A stretch of 64,000 bases of DNA from an uncultured delta proteobacterium (GTDB lineage: Bacteria; Desulfobacterota; Binatia; Binatales; Binataceae), in the NCBI GenBank assembly GCA_963794325.1, contig CAWCDG010000004.1, forward strand, positions 544,001 through 608,000, in the 5' to 3' direction. The stretch's first letter is position 1; the number at the start of each line of letters is the position of its first letter. Below are positions 28,170 through 36,947 of this stretch, piece after piece. A program made the position numbers and the translations under genes. The notes below the pieces were generated by a model, which was given only the letters and a program-made list of their open reading frames with translations, searched no databases and had not been told where the DNA came from.

Positions 28170-29411
28170 GTGAAACCCTACACATTCGAGAAAAGCGACG
28201 CGCTGATGGAGCGCGCGAAAAAAGTTGTTCCTGGCGGTATTTACGGGCATCAGACGCCGCTGGTTCTCACCAAGGGCGCATACCCCTCGTTCTTCGCGCG
28301 CGGCGAGGGCTCGCACATCTGGGACGTCGATGGCAACGAGTACATCGATTACATGTGCTCGTACGGGCCAATTGTGCTCGGCCATCGGCATCCCAAGGTC
28401 GAGGAAGCGGCGCGCCGGCAGATGGAACTCGGCAACTGCTTCAACGCGCCGGGGCCGGCGTGGGTCGTGCTCGCGGAGCATCTCGTGTCAATCACGCCGT
28501 TCGCGGACTGGACGGTGTTTGCGAAGAACGGGTCGGATGTTTGCACGTGGGCGACCGAGGTCGCGCGTCATGCGACCGGGCGGCCAAAGATCGCGATGTG
28601 CTCGGGCGCGTACCACGGCACGCACGCGTGGTGCACGCCGGCGCCCAACGGGGTGACGCCGGAAGATCGCGCGAACGTCGTTTATTTTCGATTCAACGAT
28701 CTCGAGAGCCTGCGTAGCGCGGTCGAAGCGAACAGCGGCAAAGTTGCGGGCGTCATCGTGTCACCGTTCAAGCATGACGCCGGTCACGATTCGGAATTGC
28801 CGGTCGAAGGATTTCTGTCCGGGGTGCGAAAGATCTGCGACGACAACGGCATCGTGCTGATCCTCGACGACGTGCGGGCCGGCTTCCGCCTGCACATGGG
28901 CGGATCGGGCGAGCTGTTCGGAGTGCGTCCCGACCTGACGACCTACTGCAAGGCAATCGCCAACGGCTATCCGCTCGCCGCATGCCTCGGGCGCGACAGC
29001 CTGAAGCAGACGGCCCAGGAAGTATTTTTCACGGGATCGTATTTCACCAGCGCGGTGCCGATGGCGGCGAGCCTGGCGAATCTCAAGGAGCTGCAGGCGA
29101 GCGGTGGAATCGAGCGGATGCGCGCGACCGGCGAGAAGCTGCGCACCGGTCTGCTCGCGCAGGCGCGCAGTGCCGGAATCGAGGTGACCTGGTCGGGGCC
29201 GCCCGCGCTTCCGTACATGACGTTCAAGGCCGACGCGGGCCATTTCGATCGCGCGAAGGTTTTCGCCGGCGCATGCTCGCGAAGCGGCGTGTACTTCGCG
29301 CCTCGCCACAACTGGTTCATCTCGGCCGCGCACACCGATCGCGATATCGAGCAGACCCTGAACGTCACCGAGCAAGCATTCGCCGCAGTGCGGAAACAGT
29401 TCGGCGCATAG
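28170..29411 (+). CDS. Class III aminotransferase (glutamate-1-semialdehyde aminomutase-like)
   Basis: WDVDGNEYIDY, ILDDVRAGFR, YCKAIANG; GTG start after AGGAG. Confidence 0.88.
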   Translation: MKPYTFEKSDALMERAKKVVPGGIYGHQTPLVLTKGAYPSFFARGEGSHIWDVDGNEYIDYMCSYGPIVLGHRHPKVEEAARRQMELGNCFNAPGPAWVVLAEHLVSITPFADWTVFAKNGSDVCTWATEVARHATGRPKIAMCSGAYHGTHAWCTPAPNGVTPEDRANVVYFRFNDLESLRSAVEANSGKVAGVIVSPFKHDAGHDSELPVEGFLSGVRKICDDNGIVLILDDVRAGFRLHMGGSGELFGVRPDLTTYCKAIANGYPLAACLGRDSLKQTAQEVFFTGSYFTSAVPMAASLANLKELQASGGIERMRATGEKLRTGLLAQARSAGIEVTWSGPPALPYMTFKADAGHFDRAKVFAGACSRSGVYFAPRHNWFISAAHTDRDIEQTLNVTEQAFAAVRKQFGA

Positions 29412-29439
29412 CTGCAGTCGAGCGACGTTTCCCGCCCGC

Positions 29440-29862
29440 TCAGTGAGCCGCTGCTGTCGCGAGGCCGTAAGGCATCGGCAACACCCAGCCTTTGGCCCCT
29501 CCCTGCAGAGGGAGCGGGCCTTGCAGCTTATCGGTCGACAATGGGTATGTAAGAGGCTGGTTGAGTGTTCCGTCTTTCGCACGTTGCCAAAGCTCTCTCG
29601 CAGCGCCACAATCGTCCATGCACATCCAGTCGGTGACGGCCGCGTTCGTGCAGCGCTTCCTGGTAGCTGCCCAAGCATTTGGGCGATTTTCCGCCTGGTA
29701 GTGAGGTGGCGGCGGAGACGCGGGTACGTCTGAGCACCAGTTCGGATTTCGCGGTGCTGGCGTGGGAGCCGCCGTCGGCTGCTGCGCGCCGGCGCTCGCC
29801 ACCATCAGCGCCGCGCCGATAGCGGCGAGAATTACGATTATTTCCCCTTTCGCAAAATTCAT
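29440..29862 (-). CDS. Hypothetical secreted protein with four Cys
   Basis: Signal peptide MNFAKGEIIVILAAIGAALMVASAGA, Pro-rich linker. Confidence 0.6.
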   Translation of the reverse strand: MNFAKGEIIVILAAIGAALMVASAGAQQPTAAPTPAPRNPNWCSDVPASPPPPHYQAENRPNAWAATRKRCTNAAVTDWMCMDDCGAARELWQRAKDGTLNQPLTYPLSTDKLQGPLPLQGGAKGWVLPMPYGLATAAAH

Positions 29863-29891
29863 CTTCCGCTCTTCACCCACGGATCGAATAG

Positions 29892-30980
29892 CTACTCGCC
29901 GCTCAGGAATCGATACACCAGTTTCTGGAAGTGCTGGATGCCGCGTTCGCGCGACAGCATCAACTGGCCGTGCTCGATCGCGCCTGAGCGCAGTCCGCGC
30001 TGGACCGATTCGCATAGCACGATGTCCTCGCGCGTCACGAGGTCGCTGAATTCCACGTCGTTACGAATCTCCGCTTCGCTCGCATCAGCCGCGAAAAAGT
30101 AATCGACGACTTGCCGCGAGTGTCCCGCATCGATCGGAACGACGGATATCGCCTGGAGATTCGGCGGATTGCCGTAAAGCGAGAACAATACGTTTGGCCA
30201 GAGCGTTGCGTAGTTGACGCCGGCGCCAGGCGATCCCAGGATCGGGCCGTAGTAGGTCGAGAAGTATTCGTGATCGGTCTCGACGCGATAAGCGTTGGTG
30301 TCGATCACTTCTGAGAATTTCGGATGCGCGATCGGACAGTGGTAGCATTCGTTGAAATTCTCGACGACGATTTTCCAGTTCGAGGCAATTTCGTAAACGT
30401 CGCGCCGCAGCATCCGCATTCGCGCGAAATCGATCCCCGCGCGCTCGAAGATAGCCGGTAATTCGCCGATCACGTCGCGCAACGGAGTCGCGGCCGGAGA
30501 AGGGTTGACGAAAATCAGCGGCCCCCAGGTCTCGACCGCGAACGGCGCGAGCGAAAGGGTGTCCTTCGCGAACTCGCGTTGCTCATTCTCGCGAGGCGCG
30601 GTGCGCAGCGTGCCGTCCAGATTGTAGGTCCATCCGTGATAGTGGCACTGCAGCGTCTTGCGATTGCCCGCGCACTCGAGAACCACCTCGCTCCCGCGAT
30701 GCCGGCATACGTTGGCAAACGCGCGAATCGCTTTTTCAGTATCCCGCACAACCACGACCGGGATGTCGCCCAGAAGCGTCGTGAAAAAATCGCCGACGCT
30801 CCCTAGCTGTGCGGTGTGCCCGACGTACTGCCACGCGCGATGAAAGATGCGATCCTTCTCGGCCCGAAACACATCAGGCTCGACATACCATCGCGCCGGC
30901 AAAGTTTCGCCGCGTTCGAGCCCGCTGGCGATCGCCGGGTCTGCGTATTTGTTCGATGTCGTATTCAGCCGCTCACTCAC
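29892..30980 (-). CDS. Rieske non-heme iron oxygenase alpha subunit (choline/carnitine monooxygenase-like)
   Basis: CRHRG...CHYHGW Rieske motif; NWK..ENFNECYHC..AH mononuclear iron site. Confidence 0.92.
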   Translation of the reverse strand: MSERLNTTSNKYADPAIASGLERGETLPARWYVEPDVFRAEKDRIFHRAWQYVGHTAQLGSVGDFFTTLLGDIPVVVVRDTEKAIRAFANVCRHRGSEVVLECAGNRKTLQCHYHGWTYNLDGTLRTAPRENEQREFAKDTLSLAPFAVETWGPLIFVNPSPAATPLRDVIGELPAIFERAGIDFARMRMLRRDVYEIASNWKIVVENFNECYHCPIAHPKFSEVIDTNAYRVETDHEYFSTYYGPILGSPGAGVNYATLWPNVLFSLYGNPPNLQAISVVPIDAGHSRQVVDYFFAADASEAEIRNDVEFSDLVTREDIVLCESVQRGLRSGAIEHGQLMLSRERGIQHFQKLVYRFLSGE

Positions 30981-31543
30981 TCAGAACCGGGATCTTGCCT
31001 TTGAATAGCACATCGGACCTCATCGAGCAGTTCTTGTATCGGCCGAATTCCGTCGAGGCGCAGGACGTGGCATGGTAGCGTCGCGAGCCATGCCTGATGC
31101 CGCGCGAGATTGCGCTCCTCGCGAGTGCCGTCGTCGTAATGCGACGCCCATTCGAAGAACTCTTCCGCCTTCTGATGCATCGAGCCGCCCGGAGCAACGG
31201 CGTCGGCGCCGAGGCGCTGAGACTCGCGCGCCCGCAACCGCTCCAGACGAATCGAGGTCGGGACATACAAAAATATCACCAGGTCAAAAAACGGAACGAT
31301 GGGATCGCCCCAGCCGTCGAGCGATCCACTCAGCACCCAGTCCGGCCGTTCGAGGAACATCTCGAGCATCAGCCGGAGGCGATCGGCAACCTCGCGTATC
31401 TCGCGATAATGCGGATTCGTCGGCCGCCAGAAGTAATCGTCAGTATCGTGATGCGCGATCGCGAGCGCATCGGCCAACGCGCGCCCGAGACTCGTCACCC
31501 CGGCGCCGGAAGCTCCCGTGATGTGAATCCGCCGAGTCTGCAT
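30977..31543 (-). CDS. P-loop kinase (adenylate kinase-like/AAA_18)
   Basis: ITGASGAGVTSLG, HDTDDYFW, WVLSGS. Confidence 0.8.
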   Translation of the reverse strand: MQTRRIHITGASGAGVTSLGRALADALAIAHHDTDDYFWRPTNPHYREIREVADRLRLMLEMFLERPDWVLSGSLDGWGDPIVPFFDLVIFLYVPTSIRLERLRARESQRLGADAVAPGGSMHQKAEEFFEWASHYDDGTREERNLARHQAWLATLPCHVLRLDGIRPIQELLDEVRCAIQRQDPGSE

Positions 31544-31906
31544 CTAGCCGCTTTTCAGATTGCGCAGCACCTCGAGCCGCAGCTTCAGCTTTTCGCCGAG
31601 CCATAGCGCGTTGACTGCGTGATCGGTGTAAGCGTTGGTGGTCTCCGGATGCACCAGAATATTCAGTCCGTCGCGATTCAGCATCAGCCACGGCACGATC
31701 CTGGCGAATTCTTCAGGCTCGAATTTCACCTGGTACATCGCCTGCGGATGCGGCCCTACCGGCGCATCGCGCCATCGGCCCATCTCCACTTTGAAGCGGC
31801 GCTCGATCTCTTCCCGGATACGCGCGGCGGTCTCGCGCGACGCATCATCGTAATAGATGTGCGCGTGATAGCAATTTATGATCGCTGGATCGATCGCATT
31901 TGCCAT
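31544..31906 (-). CDS. DOPA 4,5-dioxygenase family protein
   Basis: YHAHIYY, PVGPHP, LVHP, DH, WLG. Confidence 0.9.
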   Translation of the reverse strand: MANAIDPAIINCYHAHIYYDDASRETAARIREEIERRFKVEMGRWRDAPVGPHPQAMYQVKFEPEEFARIVPWLMLNRDGLNILVHPETTNAYTDHAVNALWLGEKLKLRLEVLRNLKSG

Positions 31907-31923
31907 CGCTATTACTCAGTCGA

Positions 31924-32355
31924 TCACATGCGTTCCAGCGCTATCACCGGGATCTGCCGCGTCGTCGCCTTCTGGTAATCGTTGAATGTCGGCATCACCT
32001 TGGCCTGCGCGTCGAACAGGCGCTGGCGTTCGGGGTCCTTGGTGATGTTGGCCTTGGCCTGGAATTTTTCCTTGCCGAGCTCGATCGTAACCGTCGGATT
32101 GGCCTTCAGGTTGTGGTACCACGCGGGATGCGTCGGGAAGCCGCCCTTCGAAGCGATTATCACGATTCGATCGCCGTCCTTGGTGTAGACCAGCGGAGTG
32201 GTAAAGGGCTTGCCGCTCTTGGCGCCGGTCGTCGTCAGCAGCAGCAGGGGCGCGTTCACGAAGGGGCCGCTGATCGCCTTGCCGCCATTGGCGCGGAATT
32301 CCTGGATCAGGCCCTGGTTGAATTGATGCATCGCTTTTTCGTTGAACTCAGGCAT
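31924..32355 (-). CDS. Deazaflavin (F420)-dependent nitroreductase family protein
   Basis: LLLTTTGAKSG, ASKGG..HPAWYHNLKANP, YQ..TTRQIPV. Confidence 0.92.
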   Translation of the reverse strand: MPEFNEKAMHQFNQGLIQEFRANGGKAISGPFVNAPLLLLTTTGAKSGKPFTTPLVYTKDGDRIVIIASKGGFPTHPAWYHNLKANPTVTIELGKEKFQAKANITKDPERQRLFDAQAKVMPTFNDYQKATTRQIPVIALERM

Positions 32356-32437
32356 GGTGGTCTCCTTTTGTTTGCAGTTAAGCAGGGCGGTGGATGCGAG
32401 CCAACCTAACCCTCACTCCGATGGGCCGGGAATTGGG

Positions 32438-33625
32438 TTAACGCGATTTGGGCATTTTGAGGCCGCGCTCGGCGATTATGTTTTTCTGGATATGCGAGGT
32501 GCCGCCGCCGATTACCAGCCCGAGCGAGAACATCCACTCATACGGCCAGTAGGCGTGATCGAGTGCGGCTTCGTCGTCGCGCGCGACCATCGAGTAGTCG
32601 CCCATCGCCTCCATCGCGGCGGTGGCGAGGTCATGATTCAGCTCGGTGCCAACGAGTTTGTTGATCATCGCCTCGACGCCGGGATTCTTGCCGCGAATCT
32701 GATCGGTCAGCTGGCGCAGCGAGTGATAGCGCATCGCCTCGACGCGGATTTCCAGATCGACCAGCCGTTGGCGAAAGACCGGATCCTCGGTGAGCGGGCG
32801 GCCGCCGCGCGTGATCGATTTGGCCAGCGCGAGCAGGCGATTGAAGCGCTGCTCGCTGCCGCTGGCGGAGCCGAGCATGTTGCGCTCGTGAAAGAGCGTA
32901 GCGTTGGCGACGATCCATCCTTCGTTGAGTTTGGCGACCAGATTTTTGCGCGGCACGCGGACGTTGTCGAAGAAGACTTCGTTGAAGCCGCGATCGCCGG
33001 TCATCTGAACCAGCGGGCGCACCGTGATTCCGGGCGTGTGCATGTCGATCAGGATGTACGAAATGCCGCGATGCTTCGGCGCCTCGGAGTCGGTGCGCAC
33101 CAGGCAGAACATCATGTCGGCGTATTGCGCGCCCGAGGTCCAGACTTTCTGTCCGTTGACGACGAACTCATCGCCGACGATTTCCGCGCGGGTTTTCAGC
33201 GATGCGAGATCGGAGCCCGCTCCCGGCTCCGAATAACCCTGGCACCAGATTTCCTCCGCGGTCAGAATTTTCGGCAGGTAGCGCTGCTTCTGTTCCTCGC
33301 TGCCCCACGATATAAGCGTCGGCCCGAGCATCCCAAGTCCCGAACCGCCAACCAGATACGGCGCCTTCGCGCGCACCATCTCGTCGTTGAGGATCGACTG
33401 GCGCACCGGATCCATCGCCTGCCCGCCGTATTCCTTCGGCCATGCCAGCGCGACGTAGCCGGCTTCGTGCAAGCGGCGCTGCCATGCCTTCGCGCGCGTG
33501 AGCCACGTCTTGTCGTCGCGGCCCTCGCGATCGGCGGAGAGGCCGCTGGTCGGCATGTTCTCGGCGAGCCAGCCGCGCACCTTTGATCGAAATGCTTCTT
33601 CTTCGGGCGTGAATTGAAGATCCAT
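32438..33625 (-). CDS. Acyl-CoA dehydrogenase family protein (alpha-subunit-like)
   Basis: WCQGYSEPGAGSDLASL, NGQKVWTS, FNEVFFD, IGGGTSHIQKNII. Confidence 0.92.
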   Translation of the reverse strand: MDLQFTPEEEAFRSKVRGWLAENMPTSGLSADREGRDDKTWLTRAKAWQRRLHEAGYVALAWPKEYGGQAMDPVRQSILNDEMVRAKAPYLVGGSGLGMLGPTLISWGSEEQKQRYLPKILTAEEIWCQGYSEPGAGSDLASLKTRAEIVGDEFVVNGQKVWTSGAQYADMMFCLVRTDSEAPKHRGISYILIDMHTPGITVRPLVQMTGDRGFNEVFFDNVRVPRKNLVAKLNEGWIVANATLFHERNMLGSASGSEQRFNRLLALAKSITRGGRPLTEDPVFRQRLVDLEIRVEAMRYHSLRQLTDQIRGKNPGVEAMINKLVGTELNHDLATAAMEAMGDYSMVARDDEAALDHAYWPYEWMFSLGLVIGGGTSHIQKNIIAERGLKMPKSR

Positions 33626-33815
33626 GTGCGCTCCTGCGGTCGTGACAGCGTTCAGCCGGTACCGCGGCTTCGCACCCAGCATAGTCAAAACCGCGGCCAC
33701 GCGAAAAGCGCATCGCGCCTATCGCACGATGAACAGAGTTGTGACCGATTGCCCGCTGAAATCAGCGTTGTTAGAGTTTGAGGTTGATCAGCTCGATATA
33801 CCGGGGTCCACATAG

Positions 33816-34655
33816 ATGGCGACGACGATCACAAGCGAATGTATCAACTGCGGAGCGTGCGAGCCGGAGTGTCCGAACACGGCGATTTACGCGGGCGGCG
33901 TGCCGTGGGAGCTTAACGGCGCAACCAGTCCCGCGATCGCGCAGGATATCTATTATATCGTCCCGTCAAAATGTACCGAATGCGTCGGCTTCCATGACCA
34001 TGAAGCGTGCGCAGCGGTGTGCCCGGTAGATTGCTGCATTCCCGATCCTGCGAATCTCGAGACTGAAGGGATCCTGCTTCAGCGTGCCCGCGAGTTGCAT
34101 CCTGAGACGACATTTCCCGACGACGCACCGTCGCGGTTCCGCAAGGAAGGTGCGAGCGCCGAAGCGCCCGCAGCCAACGGCGCAGCAGTCGAATCCACAC
34201 CAGCTCCCAAACCTGCGGCGGCTGCGGTGGCGGCCGCGAAACCTGCGCCCTTGGCTCCGGCAGCAGCCGTGGCATCTTCAGCGTCGAGCGCGGAATTCAA
34301 CCCGCTCGCATGGGAAGTCCCCGTCATCTGCAAAGATTGCAACGAGCCATGGACGATCCCGTATCGGCTGTTCGAAAAAGGCGTCGTGTTCCATTGCCCG
34401 TACTGCTCGGGATCGTTCGTGCCGAAAACCGCGATGTACCGCGCGGTGAAAGAAACCTTCGAGGGCTTCTACAATCGCCGGCGCGCGGATCGCGAAGCCT
34501 TCGATCGCAAACGCGCGCGCGAGGCCGCGACATTCGAAGCGAAGCAGGCGGCCGAGATGGAAGCCTTCAAGCAGAAGCTCGAGCAGTTGGCGCAGTCGAT
34601 GAAGCCGGCGGGCAAGCTGGTGAAGCCGACCGGCATCGCGTCGATGTTCACGTAG
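33816..34655 (+). CDS. YfhL-like 2[4Fe-4S] ferredoxin fused to a CxxC-CxxC zinc-ribbon-like domain and coiled coil
   Basis: CINCGACEPECP, CTECVG...CAAVCPVDCC; Ala/Pro linker; CKDC...CPYC. Confidence 0.85.
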   Translation: MATTITSECINCGACEPECPNTAIYAGGVPWELNGATSPAIAQDIYYIVPSKCTECVGFHDHEACAAVCPVDCCIPDPANLETEGILLQRARELHPETTFPDDAPSRFRKEGASAEAPAANGAAVESTPAPKPAAAAVAAAKPAPLAPAAAVASSASSAEFNPLAWEVPVICKDCNEPWTIPYRLFEKGVVFHCPYCSGSFVPKTAMYRAVKETFEGFYNRRRADREAFDRKRAREAATFEAKQAAEMEAFKQKLEQLAQSMKPAGKLVKPTGIASMFT

Positions 34656-34666
34656 GAAGCAGAACC

Positions 34667-34979
34667 GATTGAAATGAAACCCCTCCTGGGTTTCAAACTT
34701 CCCTGGGCAGGGTTAAACCCTGCACCTTAGAATTAAGATGCGGGACTTCGTCCCTGTTCGAACTAGTTGGGAGACCTTTCCCGCGGTGGCGACTTAGTCG
34801 CCAGCCGCTTACTTGGCGAGGCAAAGAGGAGACGCCGTAATGCCTCGCTTCGCTCGAGAAACACGCCAAAAAAGGTTCTAACAGGGACGAAGTCCCGCAT
34901 CTTTCTTAATTCTAAGGTGCAGGGTTTAACGCTGCCCAAGGAAGCGTGAAACCCACGGAGGGGTTTCACTACAATCAAG
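34667..34979. repeat. Inverted pair of family A repeats (MITE/BIME-like composite)
   Basis: 34667-34777 (minus) and 34874-34979 (plus) are about 105-bp near-identical inverted copies around a roughly 95-bp spacer, between convergent genes. Confidence 0.85.
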
Positions 34980-34986
34980 TTCCCTT

Positions 34987-36216
34987 CTACCCCAGCGCCG
35001 GGACGTCGAACGCGTAGCCGTGACGTTTTAGTTGTTCGCGGATTGCTTCGATGTGGGCGGGGCCGCGGGTTTCGAGTTCCAGCATCACGCGCGCGCCGCC
35101 GATTGCGATGTCGCGACGCGTGCGATCGTGATCGATCGCGCGGACATTCGCGCCGGTCGCCGCTACCATCGAGACCAGCTTGCCGAGCTCGCCGGGGCGA
35201 TCGCGCAAATCGACGGCGACTCGGAAAAGACGCCCGACCTTGACCAGTCCGTGACCGATGATCCGATCGAGGACGTTGGTGTCGATGTTTCCGCCGCTCA
35301 CTACCAGGACTACAGTTTTGCCTTTCAGCTCGTTCTTGAGTTTGAGTGCGCCTGCGAGCGCTGCGGCGCCGGCGCCTTCAGCAAGAAGTTTCAGGCGTTC
35401 GAGCATCAGCAGGACGGCCTCGCCTATCTCGAAATCATCGACCGTGACGGCGCGCGTGACGCGACCGCGCATCACCTCGAACGGAATCGCGCCGATACGG
35501 CCGGTGGCGAGACCGTCGGCGATCGTATCGACTGGACGGCCGATCGACGCGGCCGCATCCGCGGCGAGACTCGCGGACAACTGGGGCGAGCCGGCAGCCT
35601 CGACACCGATCACTTCGGCGCTGGGCACGCGAATCGCCAGCGCAGCCGCGACTCCCGCAATCAATCCACCGCCGCCAACCGGGACGATTACGAAGTCGGG
35701 GGTAACTTCGTCGGCGATTTCCAATCCTACTGTGCCTTGCCCGGCGATCACTTCAGCATCGTCGTATGCGTCGATGAAGGCACTGCCGCGATCGGCGCAC
35801 ATTTTCACCGCGGCCGCGCGCGCCTCCTGGTAGTCGACGCCTTCGAGCACCACCGACTGGCCGTAGCTGCGGGTCGCGTCGATCTTCGCGATGGCGGCCG
35901 TCGTCGGCATTACGATTGTCGCGATGATACCCGCGCGAGTTGCGGCATAGGCAAGTGCCTGGCCGTGATTGCCCGCGCTCGCGGCCACGACGCCGCGCGA
36001 TTTCTGCTCATCGGTGAGCGTCGCAAGCCGGTTGTAAGCTCCGCGAATTTTGAACGAGCCGGTCTTCTGCAAATTTTCGGGCTTGATGAACACGTGCGCG
36101 TCGAGGATTCGATCGAGCGTCGAACTGCGCATGAGCGGCGTAGGCTTGATGATGCCGGCGAGACGGCGGCGCGCCTCTTCGATTTTCGTAGGGATCATCG
36201 AGCGCGTGGACGGCAT
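34987..36216 (-). CDS. ilvA: Threonine ammonia-lyase with C-terminal ACT domain
   Basis: KPENLQKTGSFKIRGA, SAGNHGQ, PVGGGGL, SGGNID, DRPGEL. Confidence 0.9.
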   Translation of the reverse strand: MPSTRSMIPTKIEEARRRLAGIIKPTPLMRSSTLDRILDAHVFIKPENLQKTGSFKIRGAYNRLATLTDEQKSRGVVAASAGNHGQALAYAATRAGIIATIVMPTTAAIAKIDATRSYGQSVVLEGVDYQEARAAAVKMCADRGSAFIDAYDDAEVIAGQGTVGLEIADEVTPDFVIVPVGGGGLIAGVAAALAIRVPSAEVIGVEAAGSPQLSASLAADAAASIGRPVDTIADGLATGRIGAIPFEVMRGRVTRAVTVDDFEIGEAVLLMLERLKLLAEGAGAAALAGALKLKNELKGKTVVLVVSGGNIDTNVLDRIIGHGLVKVGRLFRVAVDLRDRPGELGKLVSMVAATGANVRAIDHDRTRRDIAIGGARVMLELETRGPAHIEAIREQLKRHGYAFDVPALG

Positions 36217-36224
36217 CGGAAGAT

Positions 36225-36575
36225 CTAATGGTGCGAGGCCGGAGTGAATTGTCGCGGGGCGATCGCACCAAATGAATCGCCGTCGAAATCGATTTGGGTG
36301 CAGGCGCCGGTCTTGTAGTCGAGGTCGAGCAAGAGGTTGCGGATGGCGCGCCGCTTGATCGAGGCGATCAATGTGGCAACAGCAGCTGGATCGGCAGTTG
36401 AGATCGCCGCTACTTCAGAGGCGTCGAGATTGCTGACGTGGCAGAACTCGCGTGCTTTGTCTTCGCTCGAGAACGCGACTACGCCCGCCCACGTCGCACC
36501 TTTCTCCTGAAAGACGATCAGCGCGCCCGCGGAATCGAGAAGGAGATAAATCTCTTGCGGCAACGAAGAACTCAC
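36225..36575 (-). CDS. Hypothetical protein
   Basis: Tightly packed in the operon with a 4-nt overlap upstream; globular composition. Confidence 0.65.
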   Translation of the reverse strand: MSSSLPQEIYLLLDSAGALIVFQEKGATWAGVVAFSSEDKAREFCHVSNLDASEVAAISTADPAAVATLIASIKRRAIRNLLLDLDYKTGACTQIDFDGDSFGAIAPRQFTPASHH

Positions 36576-36910
36576 GTGCCTTCGACTCTGAGCTTGCCGG
36601 TGCGAATTGCCGCCGCGCGCTCACGGACCAGCGCGGGATATGTGTAGTAGTGATCGCCGCTCAAGTGCAGGAACGAGTCGATGTCGACGTCGTCGAGATC
36701 GAGCTCCGCGATCGCGCGCTCGGCGGACTTGCGGTCGGGAGCCTTCACGATCGAGTCGTAGAGCGCGCGGCCTTGCGCGGACTGGAAGTCCTCGCGCGGT
36801 GGAAGTCCATCGGCGCCGAGTTTGCCTGAATGAAAGTTGTCAAGAATGAAGCGCAACGCTTTCAGTTCGTGGCGCAGGATGTCGATAGGTTTCAGTGAAT
36901 CGCGCGGCAT
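36572..36910 (-). CDS. Hypothetical protein
   Basis: ATG start, coupled to the downstream gene. Confidence 0.65.
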   Translation of the reverse strand: MPRDSLKPIDILRHELKALRFILDNFHSGKLGADGLPPREDFQSAQGRALYDSIVKAPDRKSAERAIAELDLDDVDIDSFLHLSGDHYYTYPALVRERAAAIRTGKLRVEGT

Positions 36911-36947
36911 ACCCGCGAGCTTATCGCCGCGAGTTATCGTGATTCAA

